From the human T2T-CHM13v2.0 reference genome, Homo sapiens, in assembly GCF_009914755.1 (NCBI RefSeq), contig NC_060929.1: a stretch of DNA of 64,000 nt. The stretch is one strand, 5' to 3'. Under the pieces are notes generated by a model that was not told the origin of the DNA, ran no database searches, and saw only the letters and a program-made list of their open reading frames with translations. This document shows, one piece after another, positions 13,690 to 28,316 of this stretch (position 1 is its first letter; each line of letters opens with the position of its first letter). A program made the position numbers and the translations under genes.

Positions 13690-15150
13690 AATCAACATTT
13701 ATCTGAATGTTTGATAAATCTTTCTGATAAAATCATCTAAACCAAATTTTTTGTTATTAGGAAAAATTTTAACTATTGTTTAACTAAAAAATCAATTACA
13801 TTAAGGTTTTTGAAATTTATTGGCATAAGTATTTTCAGAGAAATCTCTCATATTTTAAAATCTTTGCCATGTCAATTGTTATGTCCTCTTTTCATGCTTA
13901 ATTTATTTGTGACTTCTCTTTTTTCCTCGATCAAAAAATCAGCTTTGGTATTTATTAATCCTGAATATCATTTCCTATCTCATTAATTTCTTCTCAAGTC
14001 TTTATTATTGCCTTCCTTTGACATTTTGGGTTTGATATATTGTGACTCCTCTAATTCTGGCATTATCGTAACAACATTTTTCTAATATTAAGCATTTTCA
14101 CTTCTAAGTTTCCTTTTGATTATCACTTTAGCTGATTCCTACACATTTGTATATGAAGTATTTTAATTAGTAAGTTTAAAAATATTGTAACTTCCACTCT
14201 GATTGCTTTCATGGATTGTTTTAGTTTGTTTGCTGGTGCTATAATGAATCCCTCAAATTGGGTAATTTATAAAGAAGAGAAATTTATTTTCTCACAATTC
14301 TGGAGACTGGGAAGTCCAAGATCAAAGCACCAGTAGTTAGCAAGTGTCTTCTTGCTGCTTTATCACATGGTGGAAGGGCAAAGAGGCAAAAGGGGCCAAA
14401 CTCACCCTTTTATAATGGCATTAATCCCACCCATGAGAGTAGAGTCTTTATGCCCCAATCATCTCTTAAATGTCCCACCTCCCAACACCACTGCAATGGT
14501 AATCAAATTCCATGAGTTTTGGAGGGGACAAACATGCAAACCATCACATGGACAAGTTAAGTTAATTATTAGAACCGTCTCCCATTAAAATTCCACGTTT
14601 GGACTTTTTTGCAGTAAACTTCTTGTGTGTTTTAAAATTTTTTACTTAATTATATTAGGGTTAGATAGTATGATTTCTATAATAGAAATACTTTGACACT
14701 GACTGAGACTTGCTTTAAGGGCTTAGTATGTGGTCAGTCTTTATAAATACTCCATGTGCCTTTTAAAGGAAGATTCATTCTAAATTTGCTGGTTGCAGGG
14801 TTCTACATTATTTCCGTCAGATCAAACATGTTAATTGTTTTACTGAAACTTATATCCTTTAGTAAGTTTTTGCCTACTTATTCAACCAATATGTTAAACT
14901 TCTTCCATTTTGCTAGTAAAGTTATTAATCTCTCTTTATAATTGTGTCAAATTTTTCCTTGTATCCTCTCAAGCTATATTATTGGGTGGATAGAGGTTAA
15001 GAATTATTATACTTTCCTGTTGGATTTAACCTTTTATTATAATGCCTACTAATGCCTTTGCCATGAAGATATCAGGAATTTTATCAGTAAGCTATACCAG
15101 ATGTCATTAAATTTTACCTGAATATATTTAACAGTTTTTTTATGAAGGTC
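13690..15150 (-). mobile_element. Old L1M ORF2 remnants (split by LTR)
   Basis: T-rich antisense L1 motifs (tcttgatc, ttattttccttcctt, gtgtggtcagtcttt..aaatactccatgtgc). Confidence 0.6.
14217..14548 (-). mobile_element. MST/MLT1A-type MaLR solo LTR
   Basis: gggtaatttataaagaagagaaatttattttctcacaattctggagactgggaagtccaagatcaa...ttttggaggggacaaacatgcaaaccatcaca. Confidence 0.85.
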
Positions 15151-15543
15151 AATTGCATAGAGTTGGATTAATCAAAGTCCTTGGTGCAGTATGCACTGCA
15201 TTTATTGATCTATCCATGACCATTCTTTATTTCATTGTTTGTCTATTTGTTCATTTGTATGTTTATATTATAAACTCCCAGGAACCAACTTCCCAATACA
15301 TAGAGCATTGCCAATAATTTATATGTGAGCTCCTTCTATATTTCACACTTCTGGTTCCCCTTCAGAGGCAGTAATTATCCTAAATTTTGTGTTTATCATT
15401 TGTTTGGTGTGTTTGTATTTGTTTTGCTTTCGGGTTCACTTCATATATTTGTTTGTTTTTTATCAACTTTTAAGTTCACTTCATATATTTGTATGCCCAA
15501 ACAGTATATATCTTTTAGTTTCATAAAAAATACATTATATTGA

Positions 15544-15882
<339 letters not shown>

Positions 15883-16474
15883 TTATTATATTGTATGTTG
15901 TTTTGAAGGAGTTACTATTTTTACTCAATTTCGTGTTACTGAGAATCACCCACCCTGTTTTCTGCACTTAATTATTTTCAGTGCTGTACAATACCATGTT
16001 ACCTGATTATACCACAATTTCTTGATCCATTTTCCAGGCAATGAGCTCCACTTTTATATTCAGTCTTCCTGTCAACATATATTTTAGATTCACCTCTAGT
16101 GAAAATAAAAACCAGAAGTTTCTTTTTAAAAGTTTTAACACAATATGTTAAGTTCTTTCTTTTACACCTGGATTTAGATTTTGTATATTTAAAGTAAATT
16201 ACTAAAGTTTTTTCTACATTTTTAGTTTGAACTTTCTATTTTCTTGCCTTTATTATGTTTCTTTTATTTCTTCTTTCTAAACTTTTTTAGCAGTGATTTT
16301 TTTTTTCATTTTTTTAACCTATGTTTATAGAAGATATGTACTTTGCTACTTTTAATAGTTGACCTTAAAATGTTAATATATGCATTTAAATTAAAATGTA
16401 AAACTATTCATTATTTCTACTTTGTTTCTGGACAATACAATGACCTTGGAACATTTTACCTCTGGTCATCTCTG

Positions 16475-16772
16475 TGGTAGACATGGAGGAATGATGTTCA
16501 GCGTCTATTGCAAATTTTTTTAACTGACAAGGGCTAGAATGCTAAAATGGTTTTCCAGCCTCTTGCGGCTAATGTTCTGGATATGATTTCGTTTCCACCA
16601 AACAGAAGCACCACCAATCAGAGTTGGAGTACAGAAGTGAGGTAGACATCATACCTTGGCTGTTTCGGCTGGCAGGTACGGTCAGGAGGCATGTGGTTAC
16701 TCTAAAGCAGTGTTGTCCAAGGTCTAGTATCCAGTCAGTTGCTTCACGAATGTTGTCAGACAAGATGTGAAG
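16475..16772. mobile_element. LTR33-like ERVL LTR fragment
   Basis: gttctggatatgattt..ttccaccaa..ccaatcaga..agaagtgagg. Confidence 0.5.
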
Positions 16773-16774
16773 CA

Positions 16775-17715
16775 TTCACTTTAAGGGACCATGTTTTTGA
16801 TGTTGTATCTAAAAAGTCTTCACCATTCTCAAGATTATCTAGTTTTTCTCCTACGTTATCTTCTAAGAGTTCTATAGTTTTGCCTTTGATATTCAGGTCT
16901 CTGATACATGTTGAATTAATTTTTGTGAAGGGTATAAGGTTTGTATCTAGATTAATTTTTTTCTGCATATGGATGTCCAGCTGTTCCAACACGGTTTGTT
17001 GAAAAGACTGTCTTTTCTCCATTGCATTGCCTTTGTTCCTTTGTCAAAGACCAGTTGACTATATTTATGTGAGTCTATTTCTGAGTTATCTATTCTGTTC
17101 CATTGATCTATTCGTTTATTCTTTTGCCAATACCACACTGTCTTGATTATTGTAGACTTCTAGTAAGTCTTGAAGTTAGGTAAATTTAATTCTCTCACTT
17201 TGTTCTTCTCCTTCAATATCGAGTTGGCTATTAGGGTCTTTTGTCTCTCCATGTAATGTTTAGGATCAGTTTGTTGATAGCCGTAAAATAACTTGCTGAG
17301 ATTTTGGCTGGGAATCTATAAATCACGTTGGAAAAACCAGACATCTTGATAATATTGAATCTTGCTAACCATAAACATGGGACATCCCACTTTTTATTTC
17401 TTTATTTCATCAGAGTTTTGTGGGTTTTTTGACATAGATATTATATGTATTTTGTTAGATATTTATCTAAATATTTTATTTTGGTGAGAACCACTGTAAA
17501 TGATAATAAATATAATTTTAATTTCAAATTTCTCTTATTTATTGCTGGCATATAAGAAAGTGATTGATTTTTGTATGTTAGCCATATATCCTCCAACTTT
17601 ACTATAATCACTTATTACTTCTAGAACTTTTCTTGTCTATTCTTTAAGATTTTGTACATAGGCAATCATATCACCTGTGAACAAATGGTATTATATTTTC
17701 TTTCCCAAGCTGTAT
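16775..17715 (-). mobile_element. L1MA/MB ORF2 fragment
   Basis: Minus translation [15 protein letters not shown]...[18 protein letters not shown] and LIPFTKINS..IRDLN, typical L1 ORF2 C-terminal region. Confidence 0.92.
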
Positions 17716-17719
17716 ACCT

Positions 17720-19150
17720 TTTATTCTACCTCTGTTTTTGAGTATTTGTTTATCACCATATATAATTTGCAGAGGGCAGTTATTTTCTTTCATCCCTTTG
17801 AAGGTATTATAAACCAATTTTTGGTTTATATTGTTTCTGTTGAGGTCTGCTACCAATACAATTTTTGTTTTATTATAGGTCAACTCTGTTTTTCTCTGCC
17901 TGCTGTTAAGGTTTCCTCTTTGTCTTTAACCTTATGTAGTTATATTACAATGATTTTAGAAGTGTTTTTTTTAATTTCTATATCTAATTCTTTGCATCTT
18001 GTGGGTTTCATCAATTTTAGACATTTTTCAACTATTTTATTTTCTAATATTGCATCTTTGTCATTATCTTTAATCTTTGGTTGCTTTAAATTCAAATAGG
18101 CATACGTTAGAGCTTCTCATTCTGTTTTTCTATTATATTTTTCATCTCTTTGTCTCTCCTACATTTGTTTCAATATCTTGTGCTCTATCTCCCAGTTCAC
18201 TTATTATCTCTTTAGCTTTATCTAATCTTCTGTTTAGATTTATGTGTTGAAGATTATATTTTTTTACTTCTAGGAGTCCTTTTTTATTCTTTCTCAAATC
18301 TGCCTGGTCATGTCTGAAAGTATCACGTTCTACACTCATGTTTCCAATTTCTGTATTTCTGAAAACACTTTAATCACACTTTTTCTTAGTGTTTAATAAT
18401 TCCAATATCAAACAGAGGGGTGTCTAGCTCTGCTTTTTGTTGTTTCTGATAATATTTATATATTTTTTCTTCCTGAACAATGTGACTAGGACCCATATTT
18501 GACTGTTTTTATATACACAAATTCTGAAACGCCTAGGCTGAGATGCATTCTTTTAGAAGGAATTTGTGTTATCTCTTTCCAAGCATCCTGGAACATCCCT
18601 GACCCCAAAATATTTTAATTTAATTTACTGAATTGCATTTCCCTGGACTGTGCAAGTGATATTAATTTGAATCCTTTTTCTGTACATGGGTAGTCATATG
18701 GCTGCTAATTTCCAGAAAAAAATTTTCCCACCTCAAGCCAAGAACTTAGACATATTTCCTTGCCAGCTTCTTTTTCCAGGAAACAGATTTTTTTTAGCCC
18801 CCTTTTTACTGTAGCTATAACCCTTCATAACTGCAGGGTATTTGGAGGTCTTTGTTCTTTCTACACACTTTATGTGAGCCAAAGTTTTGTCTGTCATTCT
18901 CCCTCATGGCTACTACAACGCAGCTTTTGAAGCTCCTCGTACTGGCAGATCCCTTCAGTGTAGCCCATGTCTCTATTACACATACATCACTCTAGTTTAG
19001 TTCACTATCTTTTGGCTCCAGTAGATTTCTTGCATTTGTGTTGTGGGTGGGTGTGACCCTACATATGAATTTCAAAGATTATTAGTTAAGTATTAAGAAA
19101 CATAGCTAGGTGTATGCAATAAGAAGGCTTTTCAGAATTTCTTACTCATA
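17720..19150 (-). mobile_element. Old L1ME/HAL1 ORF1 and 5' remnants
   Basis: ORF 18142-18339 LNRRLDKAKEIISELGDR resembles the L1 ORF1 coiled coil. Confidence 0.65.
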
Positions 19151-20819
19151 ATATTACTGAAGTGGTAATAGAGTTGAGAGCCATGAAACAACTGGAAATT
19201 ATTTAAAGATAATAATGCTTACAATAATGCTTATAATAGTTTTATGTACCAAAATGCACATAATAACCTACCCAAAGGTTTTTGGTGCAATGATATAGGA
19301 TATCTTGAAGGAGTACTATTCCAGCTTTATTAACATTTGATATTATGTATATAATTGTTCAATGTAGATTAGCCAGTGTTCATATTTTGTCAGCAAGTGT
19401 TCAAGTCTCAACTGGGAGGAACTGTGAGTAAGAAAAGCATGAGATATTTTAAAGGAATTAAATTTGATATTTGGATTCCTGGATTTCTAAAATTGCCTTT
19501 GACCTTTCTGCCCTATGTTTATCTGTAGCCACAAATTTCAAATCTGTCAACCATTTTTATTTAAGACAAAGAACACTTTTGAATCCTGAAATTTCTGTGC
19601 CGTAATAAGTTGGATTTTATCTGTTCACTCCAGAGAATACACATGCTTCAAGTGTGTAACCCCAGGATCCTCTTTCTGCCATGAGGAATGAGGATGCATG
19701 TGAATCCCTTCGGGCCTGTACTCAAATTGCCCAAGCCCTGAGAGCTTCTAGTACCACCAGCAACAACAGCAGAGCTACAGGCTTTCCGTGAACCCACAGA
19801 ATCTCTGGTTTGGAGTTCTGACCATGATTGTTCTGCTCCCTCCTTCTTCCCCTGCCTTGTTCTCTTGTTTGTGCCAGAGTCAAATGGAAGCATCAGACTC
19901 CCATGTAAGTGGTGACTGTGATCTCCCCACCCTATGGCTTACTGGACTTCTGGCCTCTCTTCTCTTCTGGGCAACCTCTGGAGAGGAGGATGTCCATCCC
20001 CCTCAGGCCCTCAGCTGCAAGCTTTCTGGTTGCAGGGCAGAAACTCTGCCTCATTCACAAGCTTTCTGTACTTAGAGTGAGCGAGAAGCTCTGTTCTTTC
20101 TTGCTCTGTGAAGATTGTAAGCAGGATAGCTCCTAATTGACACATTTGTTAAAGCCTCTCTGCCAGCAGCTCAACTTGTCCTCACCCTACCGTGCTCCCA
20201 GCCATGAAGCTTTGTAGGCTCATTGCACCTGTTGACAGAGGGGCCATGGCCACAGGCCCAGCTGGCTCAGCATCCCTCCAGCAGGAAAGCATGAAAAGTG
20301 TTAGACTCCCATGCAGCACCCCAGACCCATGGGCAGGGCAGGATGAGGCAGAGGGTCTTCTAGAAAAATCTGAATACCTGCTGTGAATGAACATCGTGCC
20401 AGTTAAGACTTTCTACAGGTGGAAGGCAAAGAACTGTAAAGACTTCCTTCCTCTCTCAGAACATATAACCCACTGCCCTGAAATGCATTTAGCCAGGTAG
20501 CTGGTCAAGGTGTCAGGCTTATAGTAAACTCTCAAAGTCTGTATCATGGTCTTCCCCTCTCTTCCCTTAGGCATCTCTACTCCAAGCTTTTATTTTGAGC
20601 CTTCTTTTTTAAAAAAAATTGTTATCCAGAGATATATGTATAATATCATTTTGATGTATGTCCTCTATAATTATAATCTAGATGCATGCCTCCAATAATT
20701 TTAAATTTAGATTTTAGTTCATAATGATTCCAGTTTTCAAAGCCTTCTAGTTTGTGCTGTACATTAAAATAGCCATAATTCTTGACTTCCTTTCTCAAAA
20801 ACTGAATTCCAGAACAAGC

Positions 20820-21040
20820 CAATTCATTCATATATTTAACACTGTTGAGCATTTACTACTGCCAGGCACTGGGCTAGGTGCGAGATATATAAGAGTGGGA
20901 ATATCAGACAAGATCCCTCCCCATACAGTGTTTACAGTTTAATTGGAGAGACAGAGCAAAGTAGCTATACAAATAAAATAACTACAAACTGGGATGGTTG
21001 CTATGAAAGAAACATGCAAGGGGCTGAGCTGAGACTACAG
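20820..21040 (-). mobile_element. L2a 3' end
   Basis: cattca..ttgagcatttactactgccaggcactgggctaggtgc...tttacagtttaattggagagacag. Confidence 0.8.
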
Positions 21041-21079
21041 AAATTTTACTATATTTCTTATCAAAATATATCCTAATTA

Positions 21080-21220
21080 TCTGTCTGTTCCTCTTTTTCT
21101 TCATTAGACTGTTAGAACCTGTAAGGTCACAACTAAGACTTTTTCATCTTGCTGTCCCTCGTACTTAGGAGAGTGTGTGATACATGATGGGTACTGAGAA
21201 AAAGGTCTGCTGAATGGACA
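21080..21220 (+). mobile_element. L2 3' end
   Basis: attagactgttagaacc...gtacttagga.agtg..tgatacatgatgggtactgagaaaaa..tgctgaatg. Confidence 0.6.
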
Positions 21221-22614
21221 TAAGAATGTCTGTGTCGATCAATGAGTTAGCATAAGATTGGGGCTTCATTGAGAAATGGTTACACTTTGCACCAAATAGG
21301 AAAAGAATTGAGCACAATCTACATCTCACATTGTTTTCTTAATAATTTTTATATTTAATATTCAAGTTCTCTGTTTTTATCCTATATCAGTTCAACCCAT
21401 AAGGAAGCGTAAGTTTTATAGGAGAACAAAGAATCCAGTTTTCCGAATTATCTTCTGGCCAGACACAAATGAAGCACACAATACTAGTGCTGTTAGTGTT
21501 AAGCTGTGTCATCAATGCTGGAGGAAAACCTGAGAAGGTGGAGGTGTCTCTGGAAGCTTTAGTGATAATTAAGTTCCCTGTTCTCAGGTTTCTTGTCACC
21601 TTCCTTTTAGCTACCAGCACAGTGTGTTTTCAGTCCTGACTACTGACTGAGCAGCTGGTTTTGTTCCTGTCTCTTCCCCGCTGGGCCCCACTACCCTTTC
21701 AGTCGCTCCCTTGAATTTCCGGTCACTCTGCAACTTCCCCAGGGGCACTGGGTTGAACAGTGCTGGTATCTCTAAGCATATCCCATGATCTCCAAGGCAA
21801 CATTTGCCTTCAAGATTGTGTGGCTTCTGGTTTCTGAAAGATATGGATGCTGGATGAGATATGGGAGAACAAAGACTAGAAAATGTGCTGCTTTTGGGAA
21901 ACTGAAATGGGAGTAATTATCACCTTCAACCGACTGGCTTTAGGACAAGAAGCTGAGGCCGGAGGGATAAAGTAAATAAGTGAGGAAGGTGGAAAATGGC
22001 AGGCCCAGGGCCAGAAGCCCGGCCACCCAGCTCTGGCCACAAGTGCCCTGCCTCCTCCACCTACATACTTACCGCAGCTGTTCTCCAGTTTTGCAGCACT
22101 CAATGTACAAACTCTTGCTTGAAATTGGGAATCAGAAGTTTAATTTCAGTTGGTCACAATCACAATTTTACAAATATTATGGAGCATCTGTCAAATGCAT
22201 GGATACTGCTATTTTAAAAAATCAATAAATGACATAGCTCCTGCTCTTGCAAACCTCACAATAAGGAAAGCAACTTTAAAGCTACAGTTGTGTTATTTAG
22301 CAAAGGAGGAAATGGTCCCACTGAAGGAAACATGATCTCCCAGCTGATTCGCTAACTGTTGGAGGAAGAGCTGAAACTAAACCCTAGGTCTCCTGACTTC
22401 CAGAATGATGGGTATTCTACAATATCCTACAGGCTGTGTGTAACCGCAGTGAGAACCACGTGGAAAACAGGAGCCGGGGCTTGTGGTGTTGCATATTGAC
22501 TATACCTAAAAGAAAAGGGGATGGAAAATATGGCAAACATCAGGGTAGATCCTGGGAAGAGGCAAGTCCTGAGCAAGGATTTATAGGAAGATTGCATTTG
22601 GGAAGGAGACACAA

Positions 22615-22621
22615 ACACACA

Positions 22622-22674
<53 letters not shown>
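22615..22674. repeat. Compound (CA)n(GA)n microsatellite
   Basis: About 12 CA followed by about 18 GA units. Confidence 0.97.
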
Positions 22675-22679
<5 letters not shown>

Positions 22680-24154
22680 AGAAAGAGCAATGAAGTCATA
22701 AGAATAAACCAGATAGCTTCAAGGGCTGCTAAGGGGACCCACGTTCCTGGAGTGGAAGTGTTTCAGGAGAGTAAAGAAGTTGCATAGAATGGGTGGGATC
22801 AGCTCAAAAGTTCAACACATACAACTGGGCACCCTACGTATGCCAGGCACTGTGTTAGGCACTGGGGATAGACAGATGAATGAGAAACGGTATCCCATTA
22901 TAGTGGTTTTACCACTTTGGCCACTAGAAGCTTCATTCTAAGAGCCAGGTAGGGTTTGCCAAATCTACCTACAGAAAAACAAAACCCAAAGGGAACTTTA
23001 ACTCAGAACTTTATGAAAGATGACAGGAGGGTGTGGTGAAAATGGGTTGACAACATACTTTGTTAAAAGATCAGATAGTTCTTGATCTATACCTGGGGAC
23101 AACAACGCCTAAAAGATAGACATTGATGCTGATGGCCGGCTACCAGTTCCTGCTAACCTAAGCAGGCAACCACCCTCAGCCAGTGGAATTCAAAGAACAT
23201 TTTCTGAGCTAACCTGCTCCTGCCTCTGCCCTGGATCCCCTTGGCTCTAATCACATCTGAATGGGGATGTTTCCTCCTTGCTTCGGAAGCCTCATTTCTA
23301 AGAGGTAGTTTGCCCTTTTTTTCTTTTCTTGTTCTTTAATGCACTCACTTGCTAGTCAGTCGATTTTGTCTTTCCAGGGTACTCTGCAAACTCTGTGGTG
23401 AATGTGTGATACTGAAGTCCAACAGCATCGTCTGTGTCCTCTTCACCAAGCTACATCTTTTTTTCTGGCTGCCAGATACTTTACAAAGAATTATCATTAT
23501 TCTGTCTGCTGTGTTAGTGGGAGGTTTCTCGGTTTTTTGTTTTTAATTCTTCTTGGAGAAAATGTCACTTCCTGTATAGAGGATGACATTAAAACAAATG
23601 CCACAATAGGCTTTTTGCAACATCATTTAGCATCCACCTGTCCTCAAGAAAATGCGGTGGAGATTAGAAAAATCAGTTGAACTCAGTGATTTGTTGGGTA
23701 TGAATAAAGAGGAGGAAGGGATAGAAATGATGGAACAGCTCAAAACATATGTCCTGCTAGTTTCTCAGGCCAGGTAAATTGTGACTTTCCTCTCCTGTTG
23801 CAAGTTCTATTCTCAGAAGCGTGGGACACACACTCCTGCGGAACACTCAGCAAAGAACACGGCTGACTGGGAGGCTTCTGAAGGTGCCCTCTTCAGGAAG
23901 TCAAAGAAGTCATTTGGTTTGATTAATTGATCCTCCACTTTCAAGTTAGAAAACAAAGGATGCACCACAAGTCGTAAGAAGTATACAAGGAAAAAACTCA
24001 TTTTTAATATTTTTTTCTCATTGCTTTTTACATTATGGAAAATTTTAAACATAAAAAAGTAACAGCTTGGAAAATAAACTCCATGCACTCAAATATAGTT
24101 ATTTTTATTTTACCCTTTTTATTCTGTTTCACACTTTATTTATCTGTTTATTTA

Positions 24155-24425
24155 TTTTAATAATTTTAACTTTTATTTTTGATTCGGTGGGGGTACACAT
24201 GCAGGTTTGTTACATGGACATATTGTGTGATACTGAAGTTTGGGACACAAATGATCCTGTCATCTAGTGATCACAGGACCCAATAGTTTTTCAGCCTCTG
24301 CTCCCCTCCCTCTCTCCCTGCTTAGCCGTCTCCAGTGTCTATTGTTCTATCTTTATGTCCATGAGCACCCAGTGTTTGGCTCCCACTTATAAGTGAGGCA
24401 TGCAGTATTTGGTTTTCTGTTCCTT
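24155..24425 (-). mobile_element. L1PA15/16-like 3' end
   Basis: ggggtacacatgcaggtttgttacatgg...ctcccacttataagtgag..atgcagtatttggttttctgttcc. Confidence 0.88.
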
Positions 24426-25719
24426 CATGCATTCTTTATAATATAAATAATACATAGAGTAATCCATTAGATGATTTACATATTATATATATTTGAGAAA
24501 CATGCTCGAAATGTTTTACAAATAGGTGTATTACATCAAAAGTATTTGGAGACAGTTGTGTTAACAATGGTCAATAGGCATGTTTAGGAACAATAACAAG
24601 AATGATAAAATGTGTTGATGCTTATCTGTGCCAGGCTCGGTGTAAACGGCTACCCTGTGAGGCAATGTCAGCAAGGCCCAGACTGTACACTTTTCCTGTA
24701 ACATCCATTACTTGTGTAAAAAAATTGAACTGATGAGCCTCAAATCAGATATTTAATCCTACCTCCAAAAAAAAAAAAAAAGAATTGTTCTAAAAACAAG
24801 TACTAACCTTCTCAATATATTTTTTAAAAATCTAAGTTTATATAACATTCATATGAAATAACTATATAGTACTTTGGGGAAGGCATTATATTTTTTTAAA
24901 ACCTGTTTTAGTATCTGCAAATGAGGGAGCTAGAGTGTCTATTGTCTTTAATATTCTTCCTAGCCCCAACATTTTACGAGCCATTTCTCTGAAGCTGTAA
25001 ATTGCTAATGCTAAACAACCTATCCAGTGCATTATGTATTATTATTATATCTGCTTTTTTAGCAGGAGGCTTACACTTGCAGCATGCTGTTATGTAAATC
25101 TTTATCACAATCATCAGCATTTATTGAGGACCTCTGTTCTACGGCAAATGTCACCAAACAGTACCAAGAATGAATGTGAAGGAGGCCACATTTTGCAGAT
25201 TCCGTTCATAACTCTGGCAATCTCAGACCACACACAGACTGCCAGTGCCTGGTCACACCATTGTCCTGCCATCACCCACTCCCCTTGGAAGGAATTGCCT
25301 TGATATGTGGAGGCTGGCACCCTGCTCAGTTGGCTGCAGGGAGCCTTGTAGCACTTAGAGGGATGGGCATGTGGGCTAGATTCCTTTGGATAAAGTGATA
25401 GGCACATCACACTCTGGTGTGCAGGCTCTGACATGCCACAGATTAGCAGGCATGCCTCTGGTAAGAGGCATGTGACTGGCCTTTTGGTCCATGCTATGAA
25501 ACCCTTGAATTCTCCCTGACATTCTGTACAGCCATTTCCACCCAGTTAGGGCCTATTTTTTTTTAATGCTTCAAGTGCAAAAAATGAAAATGCATAACAG
25601 TGGCTATGGCTCACTGACTTTTGAATGCGATGTTTCCATTTTTCTATTAGACAAAGCTTAGAGAGAGAAATTGCAGAGACTGAGTACTGTGATCAAATGA
25701 ACAATTTCAATGTGCTTAA

Positions 25720-25960
25720 CATAGAAGATACTAGAGCATAGGGGTTTTTAAAAATGGGCTTTGGTGTCAAGCAGACATGGACTTGATTCCCATCTCTACC
25801 ACACTCACTGGCCATTTGACCCAGGGCAAGCTTATTTTTCATAAGATTAGAATAAATACTTATTTTATAGGGTTGATAACAGAATTAAATGATTTAACAT
25901 ATGTATGCTACTTAGGAGAATACCTGGTATCTGGTAAGCACTAAAAAACTAGAATTAGTT
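25720..25960 (+). mobile_element. MIR SINE
   Basis: ggctttggtgtcaagcagacatgg...tttgacccagggcaag...agaattaaatgatttaacatatgta. Confidence 0.75.
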
Positions 25961-27189
25961 ACCACCATCATTGATAATCCCTTTATTGAGTTATAAAGCC
26001 AAAGAGTCTCCCAAATGTTTCCGTGGCAAATTCATCCTAAATACTGACTGATATAATCAAGAATAGCAAAATGAACGGTAGGGTGCCAGATGCCTATGGC
26101 TTGTCCTGTTCACCTCTGAACTCATCTGCAAACAGGGACCACTTTACCAATAGCCAATTAGACCACAGAGGTGATAAACTTGAGGCCCAGCTGTCACTCA
26201 ATTCCCCTCAGTATGACCCAACCAATACTACATATCATCACATGCCTCCTCTCTGCTAAAGATATAATGCAGATTTCCAATAGGATTGTTGCAGAGACCT
26301 CCAGACTCAATGGTTCAGATAAATATTCTGAGAGAAGAGGCAGAACAAATTGCCTTTGCAACATTTTCAGTTTAAAGCTATATTTTCATGTGTGACCTAG
26401 GGTCTCTCAATTGACTAAGAACTCCTGTCTATAATCTTTTTGCTCTTCCACTCGGTTCAGATCAAAGGAATCTTTAGTTGACACCTAAGAAAAATAGTTA
26501 CATGCCGTAAATAAATAATTGGTCTGTCAATCTTTATGAAATACTCCTCTACCAAGTTCATCTCTTGATAGCTTATGGGATAAGTGGGGTTTCTCACAAT
26601 ATGACATGATACCTACTTCATCAGAGTATTGAAAATGTTCAGTAGAAAGAGACAGAGGAACCCACTGTTCTTTGATTTGTATTAACCACATAAGTACCTG
26701 GAGAAAATTATAGCCAAAGCAGTGGGACTGATATCCTACTGGCCTTTTGCTTGGAATAAGAGAGAAAGATGACTGTGGGAATTAGTCAAGGTACAAATCA
26801 CATCACATCATCTTCTTGTGCAAACAGATTGCCTGGGGAGTGGTTTCCAAGATTTTTCAGTTTACAGAAAATATAGAAAAATGACAAAACTGAATATATA
26901 ACACAGAGGCAGAGAGATGAGGTTGCTCATGAGTGAGGTGGCCATCCTGGGAGCTCTGGGCTTCTCAAACTTGAAAATTTTGGCACATTTGTAACCAATA
27001 AGAGGTACCTTGGATGAAAAGCTCAGGGCTTTCGGTTAACACTAAATCCATTTACTCTGGATCTATGCATAACCCCAGGAGAAAAAAAACTGAGTCCTTT
27101 TTGGGCATATTAAAAAATAAACAAGAAAACCCAAGCAAAGAAAAACAGGTTTTTTCCCTCCATCAGGTGTTTAAAAGATAAGTGAAAAG

Positions 27190-27410
27190 AAGCGTACTAT
27201 AATGGTTAAAAGATTTGACTCTGGACTCAGATGTGAATTCACATATCATGTATGACACCAATTAGCTTTGAGACCCTTGTGAAAATTACCTGATCTTGTT
27301 AAGCCTCAGTTTCCTCTTCCTTAAAAAGTCATATGCCCCTCAGAGAGATGTTAAAAGAATTAAATAAGATAATGCATGCTAGTACTTAGCACAGCATAAA
27401 AGTTGATTGA
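27190..27410 (+). mobile_element. MIR SINE
   Basis: taatggttaaaaga..gactctggactcaga...aagcctcagtttcctc...gaattaaataagataatgcatg. Confidence 0.8.
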
Positions 27411-27734
27411 GTTCTGCTTTTCTTACGTGTGTCATTCTGAAATAATCATTGCATGGGGCTTTTGCTTTACACCAAGATAAGCATAGGTCAAGGAAGATGG
27501 AAAGCAAAGAAACAATCCAGTCACTGGTTTTGCTCACCTTAGCCCCAACCAAGAAATGAAAGCACGGCGTTAGTTGTCCTTCATATTCTAACTCTGTTTT
27601 CCTGATCCATGCATGAATTTCAGTTCTAGGCATAGACATGTGTGACCAGTTTTAGTTTGTAAAGGTAAATCAGATTTGCATTCAATCTAACCCCAGAGGT
27701 CTAGTTCCAGAATTAGAGGCAAAGGGGGCTTTCT

Positions 27735-28316
27735 GGTTTTGTTGCTCAATGTGCACAGCAAATTAAATCCATGGAAACACCAGGTTGCAGCAGAGAAAAA
27801 GGTTTAATTGTAGGCCCTGCTGAATGAGGAGATGGGAGGAAACCTCAAATCCATCTCCTCAGGAGTCTGAAGCTGGAGTTTTAGGGGTTTTGGAGTGGGC
27901 CAATGTGTGGAGATTGTTGATTGGTTGAAGAGTGCAGGTTGAAGCCGTGGGACAGGAAGATGAAGAAACTGTATTCTCATGCTGATTCTGTTTCTCTATA
28001 GGGGTCTTCAAACTGGTTGGCATCAGCTGTTTCGGCTCTTTCGCTAGAATTTAGAATCTGTGAGACCTCTTAAGCAACTCTTAAATAAAAGCCTTATGCT
28101 TCTAATGTCAGAAATCCTATCTACCCTAAACAAAAGCCTTATGACTCTCTTGTCAGAAATCCTATCTATAGGATCAGTGAGGGTACACACGGTCAGCATT
28201 TAGAGTTATGTGACTTTCAGTTACAAGGAAGTAGGTCAACGTGCAGCCTGATTATTGTTTAGTTATAACTACATTTCTATCTAGAATTCCTGTTAGCCAT
28301 GTGAGGGTGGCTTTAG
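27735..28316 (-). mobile_element. ERV1 (MER4-group) solo LTR
   Basis: ggttgcagcagagaaa..ggtttaat; gagatgggaggaaacctcaaatccatctcc; gatgaagaaactgtattctcatgctgatt. Confidence 0.8.

Noticed and set aside
20820-21220. Inverted L2 pair as a miR-28/151-type hairpin
   Set aside because: The 3' ends point outward, are about 400 bp apart and are highly diverged; no tight hairpin.
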